Of a stretch of 64,000 nucleotides of DNA, positions 1 to 10,066 are shown in pieces. The stretch is from assembly GCA_938082545.1 (NCBI GenBank), contig CALKCL010000014.1, positions 12,286-76,285 of the forward strand, in the 5' to 3' direction. Every line of letters begins with the position of its first letter. Position 1 is the stretch's first letter. This DNA comes from an uncultured Gammaproteobacteria bacterium. GTDB taxonomy: Bacteria; Pseudomonadota; Gammaproteobacteria; Ga0077536. The position numbers and the translations under genes were made by a program. The notes beneath the pieces were generated by a model. The model made no database searches, was not told the DNA's origin, and worked only from the letters and a program-made list of their open reading frames with translations.

Positions 1-1254
1 GATATTGCAGCTGAGTACGACCGCAAAGCCTTTGGCGCGATTGATCGGAAAGGTAACTTCTCTCTCTATCATGCGACGGCAGAACGACGTGTTTTTTCTG
101 GTACTTTAGGAACTCAAGCACTATCTGAGGGGATTAAGTTTTCTCCTAGAGCCGATGCCATCACTTTTCGATCTGAAAATGGCAGTATTGGGATGGTTGA
201 AGTACATAACGAGCACCCTGAAGTTTCATTTTCGGCTTTGTGGCAGGAAGTATGGTATGAAAGTCGCGATAAACCTCTATATGTCTGGCAATCTTCAGCT
301 TCTAATAATGATTTCGAACCTAAGTTTAGCCTAACTCCCCTAGCTTACGGTACATTAAAGGCTACTTTCTATTCTATGTTATTTGCTATCCCGCTGGCGG
401 TATTGGGTGCTATTTACACGGCATACTTCATGTCAGCCGGAATGCGCAAGATTGTTAAGCCTTCCATAGAGATCATGGCTGCATTACCTACTGTTATTTT
501 AGGGTTTTTAGCTGGACTTTGGCTGGCTCCATTAATTGAGCGTTATTTGCCAGGTTTTACAATGTCTCTACTGGTTATGCCCATGATGGTATTGCTGGCT
601 GCTTTTACCTGGGCTTGGCTCCCTTCAAGATGGAAAATTATAGATATGGATGGGCGGGAAGGACTATTTTTGGTGCCTATTCTCTTAATTGGTGCTTATT
701 TGAGCTTTATTCTTGGAGAGTTTATCCAGATCTACTTTTTTGACGGTAGCTTAACGCATTGGATGGCGACAGCTTGGGGTGTTACTTATGATCAACGTAA
801 TTCTCTTGTGGTCGGGATAGCGATAGGTTTTGCGGTGATTCCGACAATATTTTCTATAAGCGAGGATGCTGTTTTTGGTGTTCCTCACTCTCTGACGCAA
901 GGGTCTTTGGCTCTAGGGGCAACGCGATGGCAAACGGCTCTAAGAGTGATCCTGTTGACGGCGAGCCCAGGTATTTTTTCCGCCATAATGATCGGTATGG
1001 GTAGAGCAGTTGGCGAAACAATGATTGTGTTGATGGCCACTGGTAATACACCGATCATGGATCTCAATATTTTTGAAGGATTTAGAGCCTTGTCGGCAAA
1101 TATTGCAGTTGAAATGCCTGAAGCAGAGGTAGCAAGCACCCACTACCGAATTCTTTTTCTTGCGGCACTTGTTTTGTTTTTGGTGACCTTCATGGTTAAT
1201 ACTGTTGCTGAAGTAGTGCGCCAGAGACTAAGACAGAAGTATTCGAGCTTATAA
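1..1254 (+). CDS. pstC: Phosphate ABC transporter permease PstC, long form; 5' end lies upstream of the window (open reading frame runs from nt 1 with no stop)
   Basis: Frame 1 is open from nt 1 to the stop at 1254; multi-TM permease with EAA-like loop (GATRWQTALRVILLTASPGI); followed by pstA-pstB-phoU. Confidence 0.9.
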   Translation, partial: DIAAEYDRKAFGAIDRKGNFSLYHATAERRVFSGTLGTQALSEGIKFSPRADAITFRSENGSIGMVEVHNEHPEVSFSALWQEVWYESRDKPLYVWQSSASNNDFEPKFSLTPLAYGTLKATFYSMLFAIPLAVLGAIYTAYFMSAGMRKIVKPSIEIMAALPTVILGFLAGLWLAPLIERYLPGFTMSLLVMPMMVLLAAFTWAWLPSRWKIIDMDGREGLFLVPILLIGAYLSFILGEFIQIYFFDGSLTHWMATAWGVTYDQRNSLVVGIAIGFAVIPTIFSISEDAVFGVPHSLTQGSLALGATRWQTALRVILLTASPGIFSAIMIGMGRAVGETMIVLMATGNTPIMDLNIFEGFRALSANIAVEMPEAEVASTHYRILFLAALVLFLVTFMVNTVAEVVRQRLRQKYSSL

Positions 1255-1269
1255 CCAAGTGCAGGAAAA

Positions 1270-2943
1270 ATGAAGAAAAATTCATCTATAAAGCTTTGGC
1301 TAAACAGTGGTGCTCCAGGAATTTGGATGACAGCCGCAACGGTTAGCTTCTGTCTTATTATGGTCTTTGGGCTTCTTGGTTTGATTATGTTTGAGGGCTT
1401 GGGACATTTTTGGCCAAAGAATAGCGTGATGTTAGAGATGAAAAGCGCTAACTCTGAGATAGGCTACGAGTTGGGGGAGATAGTAGATAGAGAGACGGTG
1501 CCCGCTGAACAGGTTCGTGCTTTGGGGATTTTTGTTCCAGAGGGGCAAGTCGCAGTCGATCGAATTTTACTAAAAACAGGGAATCGAGATGTTGCTGGGT
1601 TTGATTTTCATTGGTATGCAACGACGCAATTTATCCGTCTTGAATACCCGTTAGCCGCTTTCACTGCCGAACGAGAGGAATGGGGAAATTTCTATGGATT
1701 TGCTAAAGATCTAGAGCAGGACGGCCAAAAGCTTAACTTAGGAGATCAACTCTGGCCTGAGATAGAACGTCGATTGGATAGGAAAAACGAGTTGAAGGAT
1801 AGGATTAATCATCTCCAGAAAAAAGAAATGGGGAAAGTGAATCATAATATTGAACGATTGAGGCTAAGGAGCAAGAAACTTGATTTAGCGCAAGTGGGTC
1901 TGAACGATTCTCGATATTCTGAAATTACAGAGGAACGTCTAACATGGGACAAACGCTATCAAGCCCTTAACCACGAATTAGCAGAATTGTATTCCGAAAT
2001 GTCTCGAGACACACTGGTCGCGTCCACTGCGGCTGGACAAACGTTAAAACTGCCATTTAGCACCCTCATTAATGTCTTTCAACCGAACCGCATGAGTGTG
2101 CTTGAGAAGTTGGGACATTATTTCATGAAGGTTGGGGAATTTGTCTTCGATGACCCTCGGGAGGCAAATACGGAAGGAGGAGTGTTTCCCGCAATCTTCG
2201 GAACAGTGATGATGGTGATGCTGATGTCGGTAATTGTGACCCCATTTGGTGTTGTCGCTGCAATTTATTTGCATGAGTATGCTCACCAAGGTCGGTGGAC
2301 ACAGATTATTCGTATTGCCGTGAACAATTTGGCAGGGGTCCCGTCAATTGTTTACGGTGTTTTTGGTTTAGGTTTTTTTGTGTATATAGTGGGTGGTTCA
2401 ATAGACAAGCTACTATTCCCCGCTTTACTGCCTGCACCTACTTTTGGCACCCCAGGTTTGCTATGGTCGTCTCTGACACTTGCATTGCTCACTGTACCGG
2501 TAGTTATAGTTGCTACGGAAGAAGGGCTGTCGAGGATTCCGCGAAACATTCGCGAGGGAAGCTTAGCCTTAGGTGCTACAAAAGCTGAGACTCTTTGGAG
2601 GACAGTTCTCCCTATGGCGACACCTGCGATGATTACAGGGTTGATTCTCGCAGTCGCAAGGGCGGCAGGGGAAGTGGCGCCTTTAATGATGGTTGGAGTC
2701 GTGAAGATGGCCCCTGCTCTTCCGCTGGATACGAATTTCCCCTACTTGCATTTAGACCAAAAATTCATGCATTTAGGATTTCATATATATGATGTGGGAT
2801 TTCAGAGCCCAAATGTTGAGGCTGCCAGGCCGCTTGTATATGCAACCTCGCTTTTATTAGTAGTAATAATTATTGCATTAAACTTAACAGCAATAATTGT
2901 ACGAAACAGGCTGCGTGAAAAATATGATAGTGCCGAATCATAA
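1270..2943 (+). CDS. pstA: Phosphate ABC transporter permease PstA, long form (557 aa with N-terminal TM plus coiled-coil periplasmic extension)
   Basis: C-terminal permease core with [13 protein letters not shown]-type motif; operon position between pstC and pstB. Confidence 0.9.
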   Translation: MKKNSSIKLWLNSGAPGIWMTAATVSFCLIMVFGLLGLIMFEGLGHFWPKNSVMLEMKSANSEIGYELGEIVDRETVPAEQVRALGIFVPEGQVAVDRILLKTGNRDVAGFDFHWYATTQFIRLEYPLAAFTAEREEWGNFYGFAKDLEQDGQKLNLGDQLWPEIERRLDRKNELKDRINHLQKKEMGKVNHNIERLRLRSKKLDLAQVGLNDSRYSEITEERLTWDKRYQALNHELAELYSEMSRDTLVASTAAGQTLKLPFSTLINVFQPNRMSVLEKLGHYFMKVGEFVFDDPREANTEGGVFPAIFGTVMMVMLMSVIVTPFGVVAAIYLHEYAHQGRWTQIIRIAVNNLAGVPSIVYGVFGLGFFVYIVGGSIDKLLFPALLPAPTFGTPGLLWSSLTLALLTVPVVIVATEEGLSRIPRNIREGSLALGATKAETLWRTVLPMATPAMITGLILAVARAAGEVAPLMMVGVVKMAPALPLDTNFPYLHLDQKFMHLGFHIYDVGFQSPNVEAARPLVYATSLLLVVIIIALNLTAIIVRNRLREKYDSAES

Positions 2944-2951
2944 GGATTAAT

Positions 2952-3791
2952 ATGGTTACAAATAATCAAGTCAAACCAACAAGCGCATTAGATTCGATAA
3001 AGATAGATGTAGACCGCGCCGGCCCGACGATTAAGCCTCAGACATGCTTGCATGTAGACGGCTTGGACTTATTTTATGGAGATTCACAGGCATTAAACAA
3101 CATTAAAATGTCTATTGCAGAGAAGAAGGTGACGGCGTTTATAGGTCCTTCTGGATGCGGGAAATCTACTCTTTTAAGATGCTTCAATCGAATGAATGAT
3201 TTGATAAGTTCTGTGCGAATAACAGGGAAAGTGCACCTTAAGGAACAAGATATATATGCTAAAGAGGTAAATGTTGCGTTACTGAGGCAAAGGGTAGGGA
3301 TGGTTTTCCAAAAGCCTAATCCTTTCCCTAAATCGATTTATGATAATGTTGCTTACGGCCTCCGCATTCAAGGTATTAAAGGAAGGAAGATACTAGACGA
3401 GGCGGTGGAGAGAGCATTACGTTCAGCCGCCTTATGGGAGGAGGTTAAGGACAGGTTGACTGAGTCGGCATTGGGGCTCTCGGGTGGACAACAACAACGC
3501 CTCGTAATTGCCCGTGCGATAGCAATTGAGCCGGAAGTTTTGTTACTAGATGAACCAGCGTCGGCGCTGGACCCTATTTCGACCTTGAAAATCGAAGAAT
3601 TAATTTATGAGCTAAAGAACGATTACACGATTGTAATCGTGACGCACAATATGCAACAAGCCGCTAGAGTTTCTGATTACACTGCTTTCATGTATCTTGG
3701 CGACCTTATTGAGTTTGGAGATACAACAACTATTTTTACGAGGCCAGCGGAGAAAAAAACCGAAGATTACATCACAGGCCGGTACGGATGA
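2952..3791 (+). CDS. pstB: Phosphate import ATP-binding protein PstB
   Basis: Walker [13 protein letters not shown] signature LSGGQQQR, Walker [13 protein letters not shown]-terminal ITGRYG. Confidence 0.95.
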   Translation: MVTNNQVKPTSALDSIKIDVDRAGPTIKPQTCLHVDGLDLFYGDSQALNNIKMSIAEKKVTAFIGPSGCGKSTLLRCFNRMNDLISSVRITGKVHLKEQDIYAKEVNVALLRQRVGMVFQKPNPFPKSIYDNVAYGLRIQGIKGRKILDEAVERALRSAALWEEVKDRLTESALGLSGGQQQRLVIARAIAIEPEVLLLDEPASALDPISTLKIEELIYELKNDYTIVIVTHNMQQAARVSDYTAFMYLGDLIEFGDTTTIFTRPAEKKTEDYITGRYG

Positions 3792-3852
3792 ATTATTCGC
3801 ATGCCCGCTTTGTTTTGGGTATAGTCATTTCAATCGATCTGGGAGCGATAAT

Positions 3853-4572
3853 ATGAGTACTAGTAGGCTGCCTAATCATATATCTCAACAATTTGACAAT
3901 GAGCTCCAAGATATACGCTCGAAAGTCCTGTCCATGGGAGGACTGGTCGAGCAGCACCTGGAGAAAGTGCTGTCTTTCTTTTCCAAAGGTGAATTAGAAG
4001 GCGCAGAGTATGTCGCTGTTAGCGATCACCTGATTAATGCCCTTGAAGTTGAGATTGACCAAGATTGCAGTGATGTTTTGGTGAGGAGACAGCCTGCTGC
4101 CATGGATTTGAGGCTAGTCTTAGCTGTGAGTAAGACAATCACTGATTTAGAGCGCATGGGCGATGAGATTGAAAAGATTGCTCGACTGATTACCCACGAA
4201 CCAACAGTCTTATCCGATAATTCATATTACCATTCTGCTTCTACTCTAGGAAAACATGTCGCTCTAATGGTCAGGAACTCTTTAGACACTTTTGCTCGTA
4301 TGGATTCTGGTGGGGCATTGCAAGTTGCTATGGCCGACAGAGAGATCGATGTAGAAACTAGCGCTATCTTGCGCGAATTAATGACGTACATGATAGAAGA
4401 TCCAAGAAAAATTTCTCCAGTTCTAGATGTGATTCTTGCGGTTAGGGCACTCGAGCGCGTTGGGGATCACGCGAAAAATGTTGCAGAGAATGTAATTTAT
4501 TTAGTCGAAGGTAGGAATGTGCGTCACGTATCTTTGGAGCAGATTCAAAAAGAGTTAGAGGAGCGAGACTAG
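3853..4572 (+). CDS. phoU: Phosphate signalling complex protein PhoU
   Basis: Two PhoU repeats (D..DxxxD motifs); track ORF 3697 start is an upstream extension overlapping pstB, so ATG at 3853 (MSTSRLP) chosen. Confidence 0.88.
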   Translation: MSTSRLPNHISQQFDNELQDIRSKVLSMGGLVEQHLEKVLSFFSKGELEGAEYVAVSDHLINALEVEIDQDCSDVLVRRQPAAMDLRLVLAVSKTITDLERMGDEIEKIARLITHEPTVLSDNSYYHSASTLGKHVALMVRNSLDTFARMDSGGALQVAMADREIDVETSAILRELMTYMIEDPRKISPVLDVILAVRALERVGDHAKNVAENVIYLVEGRNVRHVSLEQIQKELEERD

Positions 4573-4581
4573 TCGGTGCAA

Positions 4582-5883
4582 TCACTCTTTTTCTTGAAGG
4601 GCTTCCTCCAATGGGAAGTCGATACTGAAGCAGCTACCAACCCCCACTTTGCTGACGATCCGTAAGGACGCGCCATGCCGTCTGGCAATATGTTTAACTA
4701 TGGCAAGCCCTAGGCCGTTTCCTGCGCCATCTGAGAGTCGAGAACGTGACCCATCGATCTTATAAAATCGCTCAGTGACTCTATTTAGGTGCTCTGGAGC
4801 GATTCCAATTCCATTATCTTCCACTTCAAATGAGATGCACTTGGCTTTCTTGCCCCAGCGAACGACAACTGTACCGCCATCAGGAGTATAGTGGATGGCA
4901 TTAAATATAAGGTTCGAAAAAGCGCTATATAGCTCTTGTTTACTTCCTAAAATTGTTGTGTTTTGGTCGATTTGGATTTGAAGGCCTAGATTTTTGTTTG
5001 CTGCTAGCGCCTGTCCTGCTGAGCAGGCAGCGGTGATGGTTTTTTCACCGTCCACTTTCTCGATTTGGGACAAAGGCCGGCCTGCATCGAGCCGAGAGAG
5101 CTCTAAAAGTGAGTTGACTAGTTCTGACATCTGGTTGGCATGAACTTTCATATGTTCTAAAGCAGGCAGCCATTCCATTGGGGCTTTGTCATGCTGTTCG
5201 GTTAGCATTTCGGCATATCCTTTGAGCACAGTCAGAGGCGTTTTGAGTTCATGAGATACATTTGCCACGAAATCGCTACGCGCTTGGTTCGCTTGGCGAA
5301 TAAGTGTGGTATCTCTCGCTAGTAATACTCGATGGGTATCGTTAAAAGGGCCTAGCAGAAGCGATAAATAGGCGTTTGATTTGGTGGGGCTCGCTATATC
5401 TAGTATTTCTTCTTCTGTGTGGTTTTCTTCGATGAAAGCTCTGACTAACGGGAGTCTGACTAAGTTTGTTATCCGTTGTTTTTTATCCTCAGGCCAACGA
5501 ACATCTAAGTATTTTTTCGCTGCAGGGTTAGCCCACTCAACTTCGTCTGAAAAGTTTAGTATCACTATTGCATCCGGCCATGCGCTGGTCGCTGCTTCAA
5601 ATTGTCTTAAGACTCCGGAGAGCTTTTTCCGACGTCTTTGATGGCTAAGAAAAAGCTGGTTTAGAGAGTAGGATAAGTCCTCAAAGATCCCAGATCTCCC
5701 AGATAGTTCCGAGCCACTTCGCCCACCGATCCATTTAGAGAGAAGGTGCAGATCAAAGTGGATTCTCGCGATATAGAGGAGGAGGGCTAATATTAAGCTG
5801 AACGTTAAGGAGTCTAATAACAGTCCGCACATCGATCCAATGAGCAGGAAACTTACTAAGCGCCAGAAGTCTCCTATTTTCAT
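4582..5883 (-). CDS. phoR: Phosphate regulon sensor histidine kinase PhoR
   Basis: N-terminal TM, PAS-like region, H-box SHELKTPLT, HATPase N/G boxes (NLIFNAIHYT, DNGIGI, GNGLGLAIVKH); downstream of phoB. Confidence 0.85.
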   Translation of the reverse strand: MKIGDFWRLVSFLLIGSMCGLLLDSLTFSLILALLLYIARIHFDLHLLSKWIGGRSGSELSGRSGIFEDLSYSLNQLFLSHQRRRKKLSGVLRQFEAATSAWPDAIVILNFSDEVEWANPAAKKYLDVRWPEDKKQRITNLVRLPLVRAFIEENHTEEEILDIASPTKSNAYLSLLLGPFNDTHRVLLARDTTLIRQANQARSDFVANVSHELKTPLTVLKGYAEMLTEQHDKAPMEWLPALEHMKVHANQMSELVNSLLELSRLDAGRPLSQIEKVDGEKTITAACSAGQALAANKNLGLQIQIDQNTTILGSKQELYSAFSNLIFNAIHYTPDGGTVVVRWGKKAKCISFEVEDNGIGIAPEHLNRVTERFYKIDGSRSRLSDGAGNGLGLAIVKHIARRHGASLRIVSKVGVGSCFSIDFPLEEALQEKE

Positions 5884-5940
5884 TTAATTATCCGTATATG
5901 ATGTTGCGACTAGAGAGTATCACTTGTTTTTAGCCCCCCG

Positions 5941-6636
5941 TCAGCCGAATGTTTCGCTAAACAAGTATCCAGAACCTCTGACGGTTTGAATCAGGTTGTC
6001 TGACTTATACGGCTCAAGAATTTTTCGAAGCCTTCGTATATGGACGTCTACGGTACGATCTTCGATGAAAGTATTGGTTCCCCAGACTTGATCGAGCAAC
6101 TGATTTCGCGAATATACTCGATCAGGGTGACTCATAAAGAAATGTAGTAATTTGAATTCGAGAGGGCTAAGTATTAATCGCTCATCACCACAAAAAGCTC
6201 GTCGAGATTTCAATTCTAAACGAAGTGTTGCTATTTTTAGGGTATCCGATGCCTCAGAATCTGGGTCCGAGCGCCGAAGAAGAGCTCGGATTCTAGCAAT
6301 TAGCTCGGGCGTAGAGAATGGCTTCGTTATGTAATCATCTGCGCCCGCATCAAGTGCAGTAACTTTGTCCTCTTCTTCGCTTTTTGCAGTTAAAAGAATA
6401 ATTGGTATTGATCTGGTGTTTGGAGTTTTCTTCAATCTACGGGTGAATTCTAAGCCGCTTAGGCCGGGCATCATCCAGTCTAGAAGAATTAAGTCAGGGG
6501 TAAGGTTTTCTAGTATTTCAAATGCTGCGCCCACATTAGCAACCTCTAAGCTATTATAGCCTTCTTGGGTGAGCACCATAGACAACATTTGTCGAATCGC
6601 GGCTTCATCTTCTACTATTAGTATTTTTGCTGCCAT
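5941..6636 (-). CDS. phoB: Phosphate regulon response regulator PhoB (OmpR family)
   Basis: Receiver domain (ILIVEDE, DLILLDWMMPG), winged-helix C-terminus; forms phoB-phoR operon. Confidence 0.9.
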   Translation of the reverse strand: MAAKILIVEDEAAIRQMLSMVLTQEGYNSLEVANVGAAFEILENLTPDLILLDWMMPGLSGLEFTRRLKKTPNTRSIPIILLTAKSEEEDKVTALDAGADDYITKPFSTPELIARIRALLRRSDPDSEASDTLKIATLRLELKSRRAFCGDERLILSPLEFKLLHFFMSHPDRVYSRNQLLDQVWGTNTFIEDRTVDVHIRRLRKILEPYKSDNLIQTVRGSGYLFSETFG

Positions 6637-6929
6637 AATTTAATTACATGAGGGTGTCAGTAATGACTATTATTATAGCAACGAAATCATTACAGGTTTG
6701 TTACCTTTTCTATTAGACCTCGCAGAAGGGATTTAGCTCTATGGAAGTCCGCGACTTTTCAGTAAACCTTTTACGAATTAGGCCAATATTTAAAATATGA
6801 AAGCAGTTTGTTTTGCCTGAACATGCAGCGATCCTGTATGCTCTTGATCGTAACAGTCAAGACTCCTTTTTAAGATTAACTATATTCTACAGAGCGGCCG
6901 GAGAAGTAAATTTTCGGGTTGCTGGAGAG

Positions 6930-9542
6930 ATGTTTGAAATGCAGGATTTCCTGAAAGATCGCTATGACCCGCAGAAAATAGAGCTGGCAGTCCAGAAAGA
7001 TTGGCATGATAGAGAGGTTTTCAAGGTACAGGAAGATTCTTCTCGTGAAAAATTTTATTGCCTTTCTATGTTCCCCTATCCTAGTGGTCGCTTGCATATG
7101 GGGCATGTGCGTAATTATACAATTGGTGATGTAATTTCCCGTTATCAACGGATGAATGGGAAAAATGTAATGCAACCAATGGGTTGGGATGCATTCGGCT
7201 TGCCTGCGGAGAATGCCGCTATTGAAAATGGGACCCATCCCGCCGCATGGACCAAAGAAAACATCGCCTATATGCGTGATCAACTAAAGAGATTGGGTTT
7301 TGGCTATGACTGGTCACGCGAGCTCGCAACGTGTGAGCCTGACTATTATCGTTGGGAGCAATGGTTTTTTACTAAGCTTTACGAGCAAGGGCTAGTCTAT
7401 AGAAAAACGGCCGCCGTCAATTGGGATCCGGTTGATCAGACTGTGCTGGCAAACGAACAGGTCATTGATGGGCGTGGCTGGAGATCCGGTGCGTTGGTTG
7501 AGCGGAAGGAAATCCCACAGTGGTTTTTGAAAATCACAGAGTATGCTGAGGAGTTGCTTAGTGAGCTAGACACGATGGATGAATGGCCGGCTGCCGTGAA
7601 AACCATGCAGAGAAATTGGATTGGTAAGTCAGAAGGTTTGGCCTTGAAGTTTTCAATTGAAAATGAACAGGGAGAGCTTGAAGTCTTTACTACTAGGCCG
7701 GATACGATTTTTGGGGTTAGTTATATGGCTGTTGCGCCAGAGCACCCTATAGCAGTCCAAGCAGCTAAAAATAATTCTGACTTAGTGACATTTCTAGAAG
7801 TATGTAAAAGTCAGGGAACTTCGGAAGCGGTTGTGGAAAAAATGGAAAAAAAAGGCATGCCGTTAGACCTGTATGCGATTCATCCCATGACAGGAGAGCG
7901 GATCCCTATATGGGTCGCTAATTTCGTGCTAATGACATACGGAACTGGCGCTGTTATGGCGGTGCCTGCACACGATCAAAGAGACTGGGAATTTGCTAAG
8001 AAGTACAGATTACCAATACGTCAAGTGATCCAAACAGAAGATGACTCTGCTCTAGCAAATGACTTAGGAGCAGTTTCGGGGTATGGCGTTACTGTAAATA
8101 GCGGGGAATACTCAGGTCTCGCGTTCGATAAAGCCTGTGAATCAATCTGTTCACATCTAGAACTCAAGAAACTAGGGCATCGCCAGGTGCAGTATCGATT
8201 GCGGGATTGGCTAGTGTCGCGGCAACGCTATTGGGGCTGCCCTATCCCAATTATGTATGACGACGAAGGGAAAGAAATAGCGGTTGCGGGAGACGCCTTA
8301 CCTGTTTTGTTACCGAAAGACTTAAATCTAGATGGGTCGCCATCCCCTCTTTCAAAGGCATCTGATTTTCTCAATGTGACTTTGCCTGATGGGCGGATGG
8401 TTCGGCGTGAGACCGATACGTTTGATACTTTTTTTGAATCATCGTGGTATTTCTCACGTTTCTGTTGTCCTGATCAATCTACGAAGATGCTTGACGACCG
8501 AGCGAATTACTGGATGCCGGTAGATATTTATATTGGGGGAATTGAGCACGCAGTTTTACATCTTCTTTACGCACGTTTTTTTCACAAAGTAATGCGTGAT
8601 GCTGGCTTGGTTACATCCAGTGAACCTTTTAAGCGACTTCTTACGCAAGGGATGGTATGCAAAGAGACCTATTTTAGGGATGGAGAGAATGGAAGGAAGA
8701 AATACTTCAGTCCCGAGCAGGTAGAAGTCGAGCTTGACTCTAAGGGGCGACCGGTCAGTGCTCTACTCAGAGAGGACCAATTAGCTGTGAATATTGGCCC
8801 AGTTGAAAAAATGTCAAAATCGAAAAACAATGGAGTCGACCCACAAGCACTTATAGATACCTATGGGGCAGATACAGTCAGGTTGTATACTATGTTTGCA
8901 GCTCCTCCTGAACATACATTGGAGTGGTCAGATTCTGCCGTAGAGGGCTCTTCACGATTTTTAAAATCACTATGGAGGTTGATTTTAGACCATAAAGCGG
9001 AGAACTCATTTTCTATAACTAAGCCGCCAGCTATCACTTCTGACGAGTTATTAGGCTTGAGGCGACATATTCATCAGGCTATTGTTAAAGTAACAGATGA
9101 TATTGCAAGACGTTATAAGTTCAATACTGCGATCGCAGCTATCATGGAGCTGGTGAATCACTTGGCTCGGTTTGACTCGCATGAGTCTGAGGCTCATGCT
9201 GTTCGTCAGGAGGGGTTTGACGTAGTTGTTAGACTCCTCGCACCGTTTGTGCCTCATGTTTCACAAATACTATGGAATGGGCTTGGTCAAAGTGGTGATT
9301 TGATAGATGTGTCATGGCCCGTTGAGGATAAATCGGCTTTGGAGCTCAATATACTAGAGCTAGTAGTACAAGTTAATGGACGAAAGAGAGCATTAGTGAA
9401 AGTGCCTGTTGCAGCGACAAAAAAAGAGTGTGAAGAGGTAGGGCTGGCTGATGAGAATGTGCGGCGCTTTACTATTGGCCAAACGGTTAAGAAAATAATT
9501 GTAGTGCCCGGGAAACTTATTAACATAGTAGTTGGTGACTAG
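6930..9542 (+). CDS. leuS: Leucine--tRNA ligase (start at ATG 6930 or 6939)
   Basis: HMGH motif (HMGHVRNYTIGD), KMSKS motif (KMSKSKNN); GGAGAG SD before start; track ORF start 6813 is an upstream extension. Confidence 0.95.
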   Translation: MFEMQDFLKDRYDPQKIELAVQKDWHDREVFKVQEDSSREKFYCLSMFPYPSGRLHMGHVRNYTIGDVISRYQRMNGKNVMQPMGWDAFGLPAENAAIENGTHPAAWTKENIAYMRDQLKRLGFGYDWSRELATCEPDYYRWEQWFFTKLYEQGLVYRKTAAVNWDPVDQTVLANEQVIDGRGWRSGALVERKEIPQWFLKITEYAEELLSELDTMDEWPAAVKTMQRNWIGKSEGLALKFSIENEQGELEVFTTRPDTIFGVSYMAVAPEHPIAVQAAKNNSDLVTFLEVCKSQGTSEAVVEKMEKKGMPLDLYAIHPMTGERIPIWVANFVLMTYGTGAVMAVPAHDQRDWEFAKKYRLPIRQVIQTEDDSALANDLGAVSGYGVTVNSGEYSGLAFDKACESICSHLELKKLGHRQVQYRLRDWLVSRQRYWGCPIPIMYDDEGKEIAVAGDALPVLLPKDLNLDGSPSPLSKASDFLNVTLPDGRMVRRETDTFDTFFESSWYFSRFCCPDQSTKMLDDRANYWMPVDIYIGGIEHAVLHLLYARFFHKVMRDAGLVTSSEPFKRLLTQGMVCKETYFRDGENGRKKYFSPEQVEVELDSKGRPVSALLREDQLAVNIGPVEKMSKSKNNGVDPQALIDTYGADTVRLYTMFAAPPEHTLEWSDSAVEGSSRFLKSLWRLILDHKAENSFSITKPPAITSDELLGLRRHIHQAIVKVTDDIARRYKFNTAIAAIMELVNHLARFDSHESEAHAVRQEGFDVVVRLLAPFVPHVSQILWNGLGQSGDLIDVSWPVEDKSALELNILELVVQVNGRKRALVKVPVAATKKECEEVGLADENVRRFTIGQTVKKIIVVPGKLINIVVGD

Positions 9543-9544
9543 AG

Positions 9545-10057
9545 ATGGTAAGGCTTGGGGTAATATTATTTACGTCTTTTTTGGGATTGACCATGGCTGG
9601 CTGTGGCGGTTGGCAATTGAGAGGGTCAGGTCAAAACACTGTTGCTGATATTACAATCTATGCTGTGGAAAAAAATGCTCGGTCTGTGGGGCGAGCTTTT
9701 CGCGGGCACTGGACTTCTCTGGGAGGAGATTTAGTCGCTATTGGAGAAGCAGACTTCACCTTAGTCATCGAGAAAGAAGATTACGTGCGTAGCCTTCTTT
9801 CTGTTTCACCTGAGACAGGGAAAGCTCGTGAAATTAATCTTAAGCTGGATGTGACATTTAGCATGCGCTCTAAGGACGGAACACTTTTAATAGCCGAACA
9901 AGTCTTTAGTGTCGAAAGAGACTTTATATTTGATGAGACTTCTGTTTACGGCTCTAATGAAAATAGTGCAGTTTTGAGAGAGGCACTAGCCAAATTAGTC
10001 GCTATTGAGATAGCCGTGAGAGCGTCATCTTCGGCTTTTGCTTATCGAGAGAAATAA
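9545..10057 (+). CDS. lptE: LPS-assembly lipoprotein LptE
   Basis: Lipobox LTMAGC followed by GGWQLRG (matches LptE N-terminus CGWHLRD pattern); conserved leuS-lptE-holA order. Confidence 0.8.
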   Translation: MVRLGVILFTSFLGLTMAGCGGWQLRGSGQNTVADITIYAVEKNARSVGRAFRGHWTSLGGDLVAIGEADFTLVIEKEDYVRSLLSVSPETGKAREINLKLDVTFSMRSKDGTLLIAEQVFSVERDFIFDETSVYGSNENSAVLREALAKLVAIEIAVRASSSAFAYREK

Positions 10058-10066
10058 GACGAGTCA

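Noticed and set aside
885-1139. Minus-strand ORFs (84, 67, 65 aa) antisense to pstC, and many similar antisense ORFs in the track (e.g. 6876-7283 in leuS, 11831-12307 in proA, 35762-36292 in kdsD, 18409-18681 in bepA, 41318-41623 in mgtE)
   Set aside because: Each lies entirely inside a strongly supported conserved CDS on the opposite strand. They have no SD and no recognisable domains, as expected for chance ORFs in this moderately AT-rich sequence.
3697-3852. Upstream extension of the phoU ORF overlapping the pstB 3' end
   Set aside because: The extension ([21 protein letters not shown]...) overlaps pstB by 95 nt in another frame and is not PhoU-like. ATG 3853 gives a canonical about 240-aa PhoU.
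6637-6760. Canonical Pho box (CTGTCAT-N4-CTGTCAT) upstream of phoB
   Set aside because: Only one plausible half-site (CTGTAAT) was found, adjacent to a TATAAT. The second repeat does not match. It is reported only as atypical, not called.
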